Origin: Alphaproteobacteria bacterium
GTDB lineage: Bacteria; Pseudomonadota; Alphaproteobacteria; MPNO01; UBA830
Assembly (NCBI GenBank): GCA_964291215.2
Contig: OZ219791.1
Location: forward strand, 3,168,001 to 3,232,000
Direction of reading: 5' to 3'
DNA: 64,000 bases
A program made the position numbers and the translations under genes. Each line of letters begins with the position of its first letter. The stretch's first letter is position 1. Below are positions 41,832-53,599 of the stretch, piece after piece. The notes under the pieces were generated by a model. It worked only from the letters and a program-made list of their open reading frames with translations, did no database searches and was not told the DNA's origin.

Positions 41832-43934
41832 ACCGAGGCGCGGATACGCGAGGAGGTGAAGCCCGCAGGCCTGGATCAGCGCCTTGAGGGGCATCCGCGC
41901 CCTTGTGAAGGCCGGCGATGTCGAGATGTCGCTCTTCGACGAGAGAGACCTGGTGGAGATCACCAGCGATGCGTATCCCGGCGAACGCCTCTGCCGCAAC
42001 CCCCTGCTGGCCGAGGACCGGGCCCGCAAGCGCTAGGAACTGCTTGAGGCCACCGAGGTCCTGCTTGAACCGATCGCAGCAGCGACACGGCGCGACAAGT
42101 GCCGGGTGCCGGGAAGATCGGGGAGAGGGTCGGCAAGGTCATCGGCAAGTACAAGATGGGGAAGTACTTCACGTGGTCCATCGACGACGAGGGTGTCTTC
42201 ACCTATGGGCGCGATGAGGCTGCCATCGCCGCCGAGGCTAGTGTTATGTCAGCAATGATATGTCGTACATTTGGTGCTAGACTGTCCGTCCATTCGGGAT
42301 GGAGGTCGGAGTATGAAACGCTACGTGGTGACCCTGGACGAACGGGCAGAACTTTCGGAGATCAAGGGCTCGCACCTGTCGCAAAAGGTAATCAACGCCC
42401 TGCTCAACTGCGACGAGGGCGCGTTCAATGAATGCCAGATGACCGGGAAGGTCATTGCCGAGATTCTGCGCATCAGCATGCGCAAAGTAGACCGGGTGAA
42501 AAAGCGTTTCGAGGGGCTGGAGGCGGCATTGGGTGGCCGGCGCCGTCCTACCTATATGCGAAAAGCCGACGGCGTCTTCGAGGCGCGCTTGGTGGCCCTG
42601 AGTTGTGGTGAACCGCCTGAGGGTTACGCGCAATGGTCGTTGCGGCTGCTGGCCGACCGCGTTGTCGAGCTTGGTTACATTGATACCGTGTCACACGAGA
42701 CGGTGCGGCGTGTTCTAAAAAAAACTGCCTCAAGCCATGGCAGCGGGTGGGTGATTCCTCCTCAAGGGAACGCCGACTTCGCTGCAGCGAAGGTACTCGA
42801 TGTCTATCGCCGCCCCGCCGCCTTCCCCGTGGTCTGCATGGACGAAACGCCCCGACCGGCGAGACACGGCAACCGATCGCCATGGCGCCGGGACGGCCAG
42901 CGCGTAACGACTACGAGTATCGACGTTGCGGCACCTGCAACGTCTTCACGGAACCCCTGGCCGGCAAGCGCATGACCAAGGTAACCGAGCGCAAGATCGA
43001 CTGGGCGCAGTTCCTGGCCGACATCGCCGAGCGCTACCAAGATGCTACCACCATCACCCTAGTGATGGACAATCTCAACACTCCCCGGCGCCTTCTATGA
43101 GGCCTACCCGCCGGACGAGGCCTTGTGGGACCGCTTCGAGTTCGTCTACACCCCCAAGCACGGCAGTTGGCTGAACGTGGTGGAACTCAACGTCATGATC
43201 CGCCTGAACCGCCGCATCGACTGCATCGAGGTGTTACGCCGGGAAGTTGCCGCCTGGCAGGCGACCGCATCCAGGCCAAGGTGGATTGGCAGTTCACCAC
43301 CGACGATGCCCGCGTGAAACTCAAACGTCTTTATCCGATATTTTATGAATGACAAGACACTAGGCTCGACGGCCTCTACGTGATCCGCACCAGCCTGCCG
43401 CAGAGCGAGCTCGACGGTCCCGGCACGGTGCGCGCCTACAAGCGGTTGAGTTCGGTGGAACGGGCCTTCCGCAGCCTGAAGACCGTGGATCTGAAGGTCC
43501 GTCCCGTCTACCACCGCACCGAGCCCCGGGCCCATGTCTTCCTGTGCATGCTCGCCTATTACGTTGAATGGCACATGCGCCAGAAACTGAAGCCCATGCT
43601 GTTCGACGACGAGGATGCCGAAGGCGCCCTTCCGTCGTGGCGCCGGCAGAGGTCTCGGCGAGCGCCCGGGCCAAGGCGGCAACCAAGAGGACACCCGGGG
43701 GTGGCACAGCTTCTCCACCCTCATCGACGATCTCGCCACCCGCAACACCGTGGCGCCCCGCCTTGCGGGCGCTCAACCCTTCCAGGTTACCACGCGGCCC
43801 ACGCCGCTCCAGAAAAAGGCCCTGGACTACCTCGGCGTACGCTTGTAGCGTTCCCAGTAGCGACACACCCGATTTTTTCAAACGTCAATACATTCATAAT
43901 GATACGTCTGATCGGTGCTGGAACTTCGGCCTAG
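41832..43934 (+). mobile_element. IS1634-family remnant interrupted by IS630
   Basis: MSLFDERDLVEI, CRNPLLA, AAEA|RLDGLYVIRTS, VERAFRSLK..AHVFLCMLAYY; end GGAACTTCGGCCTAG. Confidence 0.85.
42241..43360 (+). mobile_element. Decayed IS630-family element
   Basis: TA duplication (42239-40, 43361-62) at a CTAG site; TIRs GTGTTATGTCA/GTGTCTTGTCA; WSLRLLA, VCMDETP, VMDNLNT, TPKHGSWLN. Confidence 0.9.
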
Positions 43935-44479
43935 ATGTCGGCCGCATGAACCTTGAGGACAATCGGTGCCCCCTCGGTGTCCACCGTGACGCTTGCGGCC
44001 CTTGATCTTCTTATCATAACCAGAAAGACCGCCGCATTCCGTCGTCTTCACACTTTGCGTGTCGACCACCGCAACCGTGGGTTCAATCCGGCGTCCCGAA
44101 AGACGACGCGCATAAGTGCGCAACACATCCAGCATGCGCTCGAGAACACCGCTGCGGGACCAGGCGTAGTTCTGAACCGTGGAAAACGGTAGATAATCAG
44201 ACGGTATCAGGCGCCATTGACATCCCGATGCCAACATATACTGGATCGCATTGAACACCCGGCGGAGGTCCGTCGTGCGGGGACGGCCCCCTGCGCCGGA
44301 ATCAGAGGCTCGATGAGTGCCCACTCCTCGTCGCTCAGATCGTTTTGCCGGAAGTCGTCGCTACGCTTGTACTTCGCTTGGGTGGCTCGATTCCAAGCCA
44401 TGACACCTTCCATCTGTGGGTTGTGTACCTGATGGAATACCATGGCTTGGGGCCACCCGCGACTTTAGGAACAAACTCT
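43935..44479 (-). mobile_element. IS5-family (IS1031-like) 5' remnant
   Basis: DLSDEEWALIEP, GRPR, GCQWR, VDTQSVKT, KKIKGRKRH. Confidence 0.85.
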
Positions 44480-44481
44480 TA

Positions 44482-44640
44482 GTACGCTTGGACGCGGCGA
44501 AGCGCCGCCTCCCAACTCTTCTCCAACTCGGCGGAAATCAACCGGTTGTCCGGATCGCAGACGGCATAGCGCCGCTCGGGGAGTGATGCTTCGTAGCAGG
44601 CTCGTTGCAAGTTCAACTCATCCACTCGCTGTTATTCGCT
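44482..44640 (-). pseudogene. Serine recombinase-family internal fragment
   Basis: LQRACYEASLPERRYAVCDPDNRLISAELEKSWEAAL. Confidence 0.6.
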
Positions 44641-44691
44641 CAAGCAGGGCCTCGGTAGATTAAGCGACATCGCCCTCGGCACCACTCTACA

Positions 44692-44793
44692 CATCAACGA
44701 TGTGGGTAATTGAGAGTGTGACCGAACGAACGACGCCACGGGCAGGTGGCTTCGCGGCATCAACGATGTGGGTAATTGAGAGTGTGACCGAAC
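44692..44793. CRISPR. Orphan CRISPR-like mini-array: two identical 36-bp repeats and one 30-bp spacer
   Basis: CATCAACGATGTGGGTAATTGAGAGTGTGACCGAAC at 44692-44727 and 44758-44793; spacer GAACGACGCCACGGGCAGGTGGCTTCGCGG. Confidence 0.7.
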
Positions 44794-44959
44794 ACTTACC
44801 CGCCGAGATTTCCCATCCCCCTGTTCTTGCGGTGTCCGTTAGAATTCAGCGTCGTGGTGCCCAGCAAAGGATCTTTTGCTCCTGCCGGCAGCGCGACCTT
44901 GCTGATCCCCCGAAAGACGGGGCGGCGCGTCGGGAGGACAGCCCTCGCGACCGCTCACC

Positions 44960-47509
44960 TCAGCCCAGGAAGTCGAAATCGGCCTCGGTCAGCTGCGCCG
45001 CCCGAATCCCCTCGACCACGATCAAGAAGGTGTTGGCAGGGTCACCGATCACGGTGTCGTCGCCGCTTTGCTTGATATCGAGATCGGAGAATTGCAGGCC
45101 GCCCCTGATGACGATGATGTCCTGCCCGTCTTCGAAGTCGCGGATGCGGTCGGTTTCGGATTCGTTGTCGAAAACAAATCGGTCGGCGCCCTTACCGCCC
45201 ATTAGCGTGTCGGTGCCTTTGCCGCCCACCAGCGTGTCGTCGCCGCTCCCGGCGTAGAGGGTGTCGTCACCTCTCCCCCCTCGGAGGGTGTCGTCGCCGC
45301 CGCCGTAGTCGTTGAGCCAATCGTTGCCGTTCCCGGCGTAGAGGATGTCGTCGCCTGCCCCGCCGTAGAGCACATCGCCACGGCCACTGCCATTGAGGGT
45401 GCCGCCGAAGTCGCCGTTGGCAAAGTAGTTGAGTACGCCGGGCCGGACGATGAAGTCGTTTCGATCCAAGGAGTCTGCCGCAACGTCTACCAAAGTGATC
45501 GTGTCGCCGTCGCCGTAGCGGATGACGGCATCGGCACCGTCCTGCTCAATCACCAGCGCCGCAAACCTGCGAGGGGACACACCAATGATGTCGATCCTGT
45601 CGCCTCCTCCGAAGTCGGTAATGGTATCATGCCCGTCTCCCGCTGCGAACCGGAAAGTGTCAGCGCCCCCGCCGCCCGTCAGCGTGTCGGTTCCGGTGCT
45701 GCCGTCGAAGAGATCGCGGCCGTCGCCGCCGTTGAGAATGTCGTCGCCGCCCTCGCCGTAGAGGTCGTCGTCACCCGAGTCGCCGTTGAGAGTGTCGTTG
45801 CCAATCCCGCCGAAGAGATCATCATCGCCGACCCCGCCGTTTAGGTCGTCGTCGCCGCGCCCGCCAGCGAGGTCGTCGTCACCCGCGTCGCCGTTGAGGG
45901 TGTCGTCGCCTCCGCGCCCGAAGAGCACATCGTCGCCTCCGCCACCGTTCAGGGTGTCGTTCCCGTCGCCGCTGATGTAACAGTCGACGCCGGACCCGCC
46001 GTTGAAGGTGACGCCATTGCGAGGCAGCGGGTCCGCGGGCTTGCTCATGTCGAACGGCTCATCGCCCGAAGTGCCCGGGATCGTGTCCGTGTCCTCGCCG
46101 CCATCGTTGCCGGCATTCGGGTCGCCACCGTCGTTGCCGGTATTTGGGTCGCCACCGTCGTTGTCGTTATCGAGGGGATTGCCGCCGTCGTTGTCGTCGT
46201 CGCTCGTACTGGCGCCGTAAGCGGCCTTTTCGTGATCGTCGCCGCCACCGCCAGCAGGCAGGATGAAGTCGTTCGCATCCAAGCTGTCCGCCGACACGCC
46301 CGACAGCCTGATCGTGTCGCCGCCGCCGCCGTAGCGAATGACGGTATCGGCGCCGTCCTGCTCGATGACCAGCGCCGCGAATCCGCCGGACTCGCCGTCG
46401 AGGCGAATCCGGTCGCCGGCTCCGAAGTCGGTGATCGTGTCGTGGCCGTCCCCCGCCACGAACACGAAGGTGTCGGCGCCCTTGCCGCCCCCCAGCGTGT
46501 CATCGCCCGCGCCGCCGCGCAGTGTGTCGGCACCCTTGGCGCCGCGCAGCGTGTCGTCGCCCGCGCCGCCGTCCAGCGTGTCGTTGCCCTTGCCGCCCCC
46601 CAGCGTATCGTCGCCAGCCCCGCCGGTCAGCGTGTCGGCGCCCAGGCCGCCATAGAGGAGGTCGTCGCCGGCCCCGCCGGTCAGCGTGTCGGCGCCCCCG
46701 TAGCCACGCAGGGTGTCGGCGCCATCACCACCGGTGAGCGTGTCCGCGTCCTTGCTACCCTTCAGCACCTCGCCGCCAGAAGGCCCGCCGCTCGAGGCGT
46801 CGCCGGACGTGCCCTCCGGCGGCGCGCCCTGTGCAAGAGCGTCCTCGCCGCCGCCCTCCGGCGGGGCTGCCTCGACGGGAAGGAACCGGAAGTCGTCCGC
46901 GCCAAGGGAGGCCGCCGTCACGCCCTCCAGCTTGATCGTGTCGCCGTCGCCGTAGCGGATGACGGTATAGAAGCCCTTCTGCTCGATCACCAGATCCCCG
47001 AAACCGCCGGACACCCCGGCAATCTCGATGATGTCGCCAGCCTCGAAATCGCCGATGTAGTCGGCCCCGTCGCCGACCGCGAACGCAAAGACATCATGGC
47101 CACTGCCGCCATAGAGCGAGTCCGCGCCCCGGCCGCCGGTCAGCCTGTCGGCGCCCCGGCCGCCTTCCAGACGGTCGTTGCCCGCACCGCCATCCACCGT
47201 GTCGTCCCCGTCGCCGCCATAGAGCGTGTCGTTGTCCGTGCCGCCGTCCAGCGTGTCGTCGCCAGCACCGCCGTCCAGCACATCGTTGCCCGCGCCGCCG
47301 TCCAGCGTGTCATCGTCCGAACTGCCGGGGTTCATGAGGAGAAAGTCCGCGTCGGCTCCCGCGCTTGCGGTTCCGCCCGTCAGGATGTCGTCGCCGTCGC
47401 CGCCCGTCAGGATGTCGTCGCCGAGGCCGCCCTTCAGGATGTCATTGCCGAGGCCACCTGTCAGCGTGTCGTCGCCAGCGCCGCCGGTCCGGGAAATATT
47501 CTGTGTCAT
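44960..47509 (-). CDS. RTX (hemolysin-type) calcium-binding repeat protein
   Basis: Many GGxGxDxLx nonapeptides; repeated D.F.F..GDG.D.I.DF..GD.I capping modules. Confidence 0.92.
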   Translation of the reverse strand: MTQNISRTGGAGDDTLTGGLGNDILKGGLGDDILTGGDGDDILTGGTASAGADADFLLMNPGSSDDDTLDGGAGNDVLDGGAGDDTLDGGTDNDTLYGGDGDDTVDGGAGNDRLEGGRGADRLTGGRGADSLYGGSGHDVFAFAVGDGADYIGDFEAGDIIEIAGVSGGFGDLVIEQKGFYTVIRYGDGDTIKLEGVTAASLGADDFRFLPVEAAPPEGGGEDALAQGAPPEGTSGDASSGGPSGGEVLKGSKDADTLTGGDGADTLRGYGGADTLTGGAGDDLLYGGLGADTLTGGAGDDTLGGGKGNDTLDGGAGDDTLRGAKGADTLRGGAGDDTLGGGKGADTFVFVAGDGHDTITDFGAGDRIRLDGESGGFAALVIEQDGADTVIRYGGGGDTIRLSGVSADSLDANDFILPAGGGGDDHEKAAYGASTSDDDNDGGNPLDNDNDGGDPNTGNDGGDPNAGNDGGEDTDTIPGTSGDEPFDMSKPADPLPRNGVTFNGGSGVDCYISGDGNDTLNGGGGDDVLFGRGGDDTLNGDAGDDDLAGGRGDDDLNGGVGDDDLFGGIGNDTLNGDSGDDDLYGEGGDDILNGGDGRDLFDGSTGTDTLTGGGGADTFRFAAGDGHDTITDFGGGDRIDIIGVSPRRFAALVIEQDGADAVIRYGDGDTITLVDVAADSLDRNDFIVRPGVLNYFANGDFGGTLNGSGRGDVLYGGAGDDILYAGNGNDWLNDYGGGDDTLRGGRGDDTLYAGSGDDTLVGGKGTDTLMGGKGADRFVFDNESETDRIRDFEDGQDIIVIRGGLQFSDLDIKQSGDDTVIGDPANTFLIVVEGIRAAQLTEADFDFLG

Positions 47510-47735
47510 CGCGCTCTCTCCTCAACGTATGGGTTTCCATCGCAGGGCCATGACGGCATTGCCTCGCCGAAAGGCCGGTTCCGCGCACCAAGCCGCCCAC
47601 TCGCAGAACGCATCCTACCCGGCGCATCCGGCCGTTGCAACCGAATTCGGCCCGGTGGCAGGTGCACTGTGACGTTCCCGCCCTGTCGGTTTCGGGCCGG
47701 CCGCCCGGCATGGGGCCTCATCAAGAGTCTCTGGA

Positions 47736-48140
47736 CCCAAGTTGGCACTTTTTGCGGCCTGGAATTTTTATCGTGTTGATATAAAACGATTTTTTTGGCG
47801 ACCTATTTCAACATGGCACTACATTCCGTTGAATTCTGTCAGCTTGCGAGGTGGCTCCTCGTGCGGCGGGTTCGACACCAGCCGCCGAGGAGATTTCGGC
47901 GACCCCGGCGGTGCGTGTCCTGTCGGTTGACGATCAATGCGCGCAGGCGCGTGGTGACCCTGGTTCAGCATGCTCTCGCGGATTGATGTCCGGCACTTGT
48001 GGATGCCCCGCGCGGGGATCAGATGCACCGCGGCGAGCACGGCGATCAACAGGTGGGCGGCGATGCGAGCCGGATCGGGCGCAATCCGGGCTCGGATTTC
48101 AATGAACGGAAGGTGGCCTCGATATCCGTGATCCATGTCC
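47736..48140 (-). mobile_element. IS1634-family 3' remnant (copy 2)
   Basis: ITDIEATFRSLKSE..RIAAHLLIAVLA; homologous to 4175-4544. Confidence 0.78.
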
Positions 48141-48512
48141 CGAGGCGCTGCCGACGAAATCGAGATCCGACTCGCCAGCGATGCGCGCGAAATCCCTGTA
48201 CCAGCTTTGCCGCTCCTGGCAGGCGTAGATCGTGTCCAGCAGGTTGGGGCTGGGCCGCGTGACCGGGTGATCGGCGAAAGTGCGGAAATCCGGGATGGGA
48301 ACGGCTTCTTTCGGCGGCTCCGAGAGGAACAGATAGCCGACCGGCGCATGAACGGCGCGAGCGAACGCCTCCACCTGCCTCAGCGAGGGCTGGATGTCAC
48401 CGCTTTCCCATTCGGGAAGTTTCCTGAACTTCTCCGTCAAGTCTTCCTGCACGATCCCGGCGCGCTCGCGCGCCCACCGCAGAAGCTCTGGATTGACGGG
48501 AGCACGGATCAT
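48141..48512 (-). pseudogene. Second Xre-HTH/ImmA gene, truncated by IS1634
   Basis: VNPELLRWARERAG..QPSLRQ..YLFLSEPP..PDFRT; paralogous to the 27607 gene N-terminus. Confidence 0.82.
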
Positions 48513-50151
48513 GCCGCAACCTCGGCCGCCTTTTCGGCGTCACGAAGGCGGATTTCGCCGGACATGAGCTTTGGGAGAAGCAGATCGCGGAGAGCGCCAG
48601 TGGTCTCGATCTGGTGCAGATTGCTCAGGGCGCGTTTCATGATCGGCATCGCCCACAGCTCAAAGGCTTCTGCGACGCTCACCGGTGGCAAGGCTAAATC
48701 GACCAGAGCAAAAGTCTGGCGTGTGATCGTGTCAAAAATCGTGCCGTGCGTCCGGTTCCGCAACTTTTCCACCATCATTCTGACAAGCCAGTATGTGAAG
48801 AAGTCACAATAGCCGCCGACGCCTCGTATCCCGTAGCAACTCTGATTCATGGCCATCGCCCTGCCGAGACAAGCCAACCTTCCGACAGTGCCCTTGCGGT
48901 AATAACGGTTGTTCCGGCAGAAAGAACTTTTGCCGTACTGTTTTCAACCCCTGTTTGCGTAACGCTCCTCTCGGTCTCCAAGACGAACATGTCCGAGGAA
49001 GATGGCGCATCTTTTGCCGTATACCAATAAATTTCGCCATCCCAATAATCTTCGATCGACGTTTTAGGCGTACCTCCACTGTGAATTTCTATTACATCAT
49101 TCAAAACTCCTGCCTCCCACCCCTCCGGTATCTCACCGAGTTCGGAGTTGACGAAGCGGTCGGGAAACAGTTCCCACAGTTCGGGAGCAAGGTAAGGAGC
49201 GCGCCCTTCCATTTTCGCCCTGACCGGCCCGAAATCGACGAACCAGTCCTTGAAGATCGCCCGCGCCATCGCCTCCAGCGTCTCGTTCATGCGCCGGTTC
49301 AGTTCGATCTTGTCGTCCAGCACGCCGAGAATACCGGCGATGGCGCGCTGCTCGGGGAGGATAGGGTACGCAACTTTAATGTTCTGGAGATCGCGTTTGG
49401 TTACATGACCGAGACCTGTCGTCTACTTATTTCGCGCGATGTCGACAAAATTCGGCTTCAGATAACGCAGGAGACAGTAAAAGAATCCGATATGAAGATC
49501 GGCACTGGGGGTAACCTTGAATACATGCTGATTCAGCCAACCTTCCGGGCCTCTCCACCAAAATGCGTCGATGGAGGTCTCCGGTTGCCCAGACCAAGAA
49601 AAGAGCAGGTCTCCTGGCCGCACGAAAACCGATTCATCAAATGTCTGCTGAGTGAATTTTGTTTGTCCACTGATGCCACCCTTGATCTCGGCGATCTTGA
49701 TGACCGGTCGCCCGGTCTCCGCGAATTGGATGTTTCGGAATGCGATTCCATTGACCCAAGTTGCCATCGAATATAGAGAATGAGACTGTCAGTGTACTGG
49801 AAACAAAGGGCGAAAAAATCCTCCTCGCTCCGTCTTACTATTGTCTGCCAGCACCACATGGTCCCGCTCAATTTCCCGATGAAATCGTTCCGGCAGGCGC
49901 GCCCAGTCGCGGGCCTCTACCAGGAAGGGAATGGTCGATTCCCGCACCGCCTCCTCGAAGTCCGCCACGTTGCCCGCCGGAATTTCCTTCAATCCCGGCC
50001 CGCGCAGCACCAGATCGAGATCGTTGCCGTCATGGCTGCGTCCGTTGACGCGGCTGCCATAGGCCCACACTTCGACATCGGGCAAATGCTCCCGCAACAG
50101 TGCCTCCAGCGCCTCGCAGTGCTTCGGCTGGAGATGCAGCCGGTCAGTCAT
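48509..50151 (-). pseudogene. hsdS: Nucleotidyltransferase (MNT)-HsdS fusion, inactivated
   Basis: YGSR..DLDL MNT domain in frame with HsdS (LDDKIELNRRMN, EIPEGW, GGTPKT, RDLLLPKLMSGE); in-frame TGA 49789 and TAG 49423; frameshift near 48890. Confidence 0.85.
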
Positions 50152-50290
50152 CCGGGGCGCCGCCTCGATCATGTCCGTCAGGCCCGGTGTCGGCGATAAA
50201 GTCGGGCAGCAGCCTCAGCGTGGCCCCGGCGAAGTCATTCCCGTTGTCATGGTCGATATCGTTATCGACAATCCTTCGCAGATCATGGCA
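50144..50290 (-). pseudogene. Possible HEPN/HI0074-type substrate-binding remnant
   Basis: NDIDHDNGNDFAGATLRLLPDFIAD resembles the HI0074 C-terminus; directly upstream of the MNT. Confidence 0.5.
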
Positions 50291-50388
50291 GGGGCAAGGC
50301 CCAGACTGTCGGGGAACAGCCTTCACTGGAAGGCGCCGCGCGCCTTGGCTTACCGACATGTTTCCCGGCGCATGCAAATGGGAAGAGG

Positions 50389-51933
50389 TCATCGTCTCCC
50401 AATCTCCCCCAGCTTTGCCTCAATAACGGCACTCAATTCCGCAGCTTCCGCAAACTGCTCCGTCAATGTTGCCTTCAGTTCCGCGAACCGCTCTTCGAAA
50501 GGCGTGTCGTCCTCTTCGGTTGCCGCGGCGCCGACATAGCGGCCGGGTGTGAGAATGTGGTCGTGTTCTCTGATCCCCTCCAGCGTGGCGGACTTGCAAA
50601 ATCCTAGCTCGTCATCGTAGGGGGGTGTATCCGGCCCGCCGCACCAGGCGTGATATGCACCGGCGATCCGCACGATGTCCTCGTCGGAAAATTCCTTCCG
50701 GGTCCGGTCCACCATATGCCCCTGCTTGCGGGCGTCGATGAACAGCACTTCCCCGCGCCGGTCGCGGCAGTCCTCGCCGGGATTCTTGTTGCGCGTAAGA
50801 AACCAGAGGCACGCCGGAATCTGCGTCGAGTAGAAGAGCTGCCCCGGCAGCGCGATCATGCAATCCACCGCGTCGCCCTCGACCAGGGCGCGGCGGATGC
50901 CGCCTTCGCCGGACTGTGCCGAGGACATGGAGCCGTTGGCGAGCACCACGCCCGCCGTCCCGTTCGGGGCGAGGTGATGATGGATGTGCTGGAGCCAGGC
51001 ATAGTTGGCGTTGCCCGCCGGCGGAACGCCGAACTTCCAGCGGACGTCCTCGCGCAGCCGGTCGCCGCCCCAATCGGAGACATTGAACGGCGGATTGGCG
51101 AGGATGAAGTCGGCCCTGAGGTCCGGCAGCTCATCCTTGTGGAAGCTGCCCTCGTTATTCCAGCGGATGTCGGCATCGATGCCTCGGACCGCGAGGTTCA
51201 TCCGGGCGAGACGCCAGGTCGTGTAGTTGCTCTCCTGTCCGTAGATCGCGATGTCGCCGATGCGCCCGCCATGCTCCTCGACGAATCTCTCGGACTGCAC
51301 GAACATGCCGCCGGAACCGCAGCACGGGTCGTAGACGCGGCCCTTGTAGGGCTCCAGCATCTCCACCAGCAGCCGGACGACGGAACGCGGCGTGTAGAAC
51401 TCGCCGCCGCGCTTGCCCTCCGCTCCGGCGAAGCCGCCCAGGAAATACTCGTAAACCCGCCCGAGGATGTCGCGGGAGCGGTCGGCCTCCTCGGCCATGC
51501 CGATCCCGCTCACGAGATCGATCAGTTCGCCGAGCATCACCTTGTTGAGCGCCGGGCGGGCGTAGTCCTTGGGCAGGACCCCCTTGAGCGATGCGTTCCG
51601 GGCCTCGATCGCCAGCATGGCGTCATCGATGTCCTTGCCGATGGCCGACTGCCTGGCTCTGGCCTGCAGATGCGGCCAGCGGGCTGCCTTGGGGACCCAG
51701 AAGACGTTCTCGGCAAGGTATTCCTCCGGATCCTCCGGGTCGGCCAGGTCTTCCTTGAGCAGCGCCGCCCGCTTCGCCTCGAAGGCGTCGGAGATGTATT
51801 TGAGGAAGATCAGCCCGAGAGCGACATGCTTGTAGTCGGACGGCTCCATGTTGCCGCGCAGCTTGTCCGCCGCGGCCCAGAGCTGCGCCTCGAACCCGAG
51901 ATTGGCACCGTTGCTGGTCGCTTGCCTCGCCAT
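50389..51933 (-). CDS. hsdM: Type I RM methyltransferase subunit
   Basis: [37 protein letters not shown]. Confidence 0.95.
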   Translation of the reverse strand: MARQATSNGANLGFEAQLWAAADKLRGNMEPSDYKHVALGLIFLKYISDAFEAKRAALLKEDLADPEDPEEYLAENVFWVPKAARWPHLQARARQSAIGKDIDDAMLAIEARNASLKGVLPKDYARPALNKVMLGELIDLVSGIGMAEEADRSRDILGRVYEYFLGGFAGAEGKRGGEFYTPRSVVRLLVEMLEPYKGRVYDPCCGSGGMFVQSERFVEEHGGRIGDIAIYGQESNYTTWRLARMNLAVRGIDADIRWNNEGSFHKDELPDLRADFILANPPFNVSDWGGDRLREDVRWKFGVPPAGNANYAWLQHIHHHLAPNGTAGVVLANGSMSSAQSGEGGIRRALVEGDAVDCMIALPGQLFYSTQIPACLWFLTRNKNPGEDCRDRRGEVLFIDARKQGHMVDRTRKEFSDEDIVRIAGAYHAWCGGPDTPPYDDELGFCKSATLEGIREHDHILTPGRYVGAAATEEDDTPFEERFAELKATLTEQFAEAAELSAVIEAKLGEIGRR

Positions 51934-52066
51934 ATAGTCTGAATCCTTGGCCGCCAACGCGGATACAGTTTGCCGACTCGGCTCTACGAATACTACTGCA
52001 TACTTGGCCGACACGGTTCGGGTGGGAAAGGATCCCGTAGATCGCGGTGCCACCATTTCAGCGTCG

Positions 52067-53518
52067 GATCGTGTCCCGAGCCGTGGTGTAAGAGCCTGGC
52101 GCCCGTGGCGGTATCCGGCGGGAAGGGCCGGTAGGCTCAGGCTGCCACGGCGGGCAGCTTGACGGTTGCATTGTCGCTCACGGGAGCGATCGATTCCAGC
52201 GTCACGTATCTGGCTCTCTGGACGGCCCATTCATCGTTCTGTTCGAGCAGGATGGCACCGATCAGCCGGGTGATGGCGTCCTCGTTGGGGAAGATGCCGA
52301 CGGTGTTGGTGCGCCGCTTGATCTCGCCGTGGAGCCGTTCGAGCGGGTTTGTCGAGTGCAGCTTTGGGCGATGCGCGGCCGGGAAGGTCATGCAGGCGAG
52401 ACCGTCGTGCTCGGCCTCGTCCATGATGGCGGCGAGCTTGGGCGCCTTGGGCCTGAGCTGGTCGGCGACCTGGCGCCACTGGGCGGAGGCGCTGTCTGCA
52501 TCCTCCTGGGCGAAGGCGGTGGTGACGAAGGCGGAGACGACGCGCCGGCCCTGCTTGCCGGCATGGGCGAGCAGGTTGCGCATGAAGTGCACGCGGCATC
52601 TCTGCCATGTGGCGCCGAGGATGCGGGTCGCGGCGGCCTTCAGGCCCTTGTGGTCGTCGGAGATCACCAGCTTGACGCCGCGCAGGCCGCGGCGGGCCAG
52701 GGAGCGCAGGAAGTCGGTCCAGAAGGTCTCGGCCTCGGACGCGCCGACCGCCATGCCGAGCACCTCGCGCCGGCCCTGGTCGTTGACCGCCACCGCGATG
52801 GTGACCGCGACCGAGACGATGCGCCCGGCCTCGCGCATCTTCACATAGGTCGCATCCAGCCACAGATACGGCCAGTCGCCCTCCAGCGGCCGGTCGAGGA
52901 AGTCGCGGATCTTGCCGTCGATCTCGCCGCACAGCCGCGACACCTGGCTCTTGGAGATGCCCGACATGCCCATCGCCTGCACCAGGTCGTCGACCGAGCG
53001 GGTGGATACGTCCTTGATGTAGGCCTCCTGGATCACCGCCGTCAGCGCCTTCTCCGCGATCCGCCGCGGCTCAAGGAAGCCCGGGAAGTAGCTCCCCTTG
53101 CGCAACTTCGGGATCTTCAGCTCCACCGTGCCGGCGCGCGTCTCCCAGACCCGGTCGCGGTAGCCGTTGCGGTGCGTGATCCGGTCCGGCGAACGCTCGC
53201 CGTGCCCGGCGCCCGCAAGCTCCTCAACCTCAAGCGCCATCAGACGCGCGGCCGTGAACCCGATCATCTCGCGAAGCAGATCGGCATCGGAACTATTCTC
53301 CAACAGCGCCTGCAGGGTCATCATGTCCTTGGTGGTCATCGCGGTACTCCTCCGGTCGGATGGACTGTGGAAGCCCAACTCTACCGGCACCGCGATGGCC
53401 ATCCGCTATGGATAAGTGGCCCGCCGCCGCCAGACTCCGCACGGTCGCGGCAGCGGGCCACTTACCCACAGCTACCGATGGTGCCTCCAGCTCCTACACC
53501 ACGCCTGGGGGCACGACC
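52067..53518 (-). mobile_element. Apparently intact IS256-family element
   Basis: TIRs GATCGTGTCCC..GTGGTGTA / GGTCGTGCCCC..GTGGTGTA; TSD CAGCGTCG (52059-66, 53519-26). Confidence 0.93.
52137..53339 (-). CDS. IS256 transposase
   Basis: [36 protein letters not shown]; uninterrupted. Confidence 0.95.
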   Translation of the reverse strand: MTTKDMMTLQALLENSSDADLLREMIGFTAARLMALEVEELAGAGHGERSPDRITHRNGYRDRVWETRAGTVELKIPKLRKGSYFPGFLEPRRIAEKALTAVIQEAYIKDVSTRSVDDLVQAMGMSGISKSQVSRLCGEIDGKIRDFLDRPLEGDWPYLWLDATYVKMREAGRIVSVAVTIAVAVNDQGRREVLGMAVGASEAETFWTDFLRSLARRGLRGVKLVISDDHKGLKAAATRILGATWQRCRVHFMRNLLAHAGKQGRRVVSAFVTTAFAQEDADSASAQWRQVADQLRPKAPKLAAIMDEAEHDGLACMTFPAAHRPKLHSTNPLERLHGEIKRRTNTVGIFPNEDAITRLIGAILLEQNDEWAVQRARYVTLESIAPVSDNATVKLPAVAA

Positions 53519-53599
53519 CAGCGTCGCCGACGCTGCCCAACAGATCAATATGATAGCGCGTCACGGGGTACAGATGGCTCCGCTTCACATGATGCGCCG

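Noticed and set aside
45200-47480. 27-bp periodic repeats as a CRISPR or satellite array
   Set aside because: They encode RTX nonapeptides
49423-49791. In-frame TGA and TAG in hsdS (and TAG in hsdR at 31004) as stop-codon recoding
   Set aside because: The same genes also carry frameshifts or truncations, core genes use TGA/TAG as normal stops, and single transitions from TGG/CAG explain them
25340-51933. The two type I RM fragments as halves of one split operon
   Set aside because: Each has its own hsdS C-terminus and its own HTH-ImmA gene, so they are separate loci
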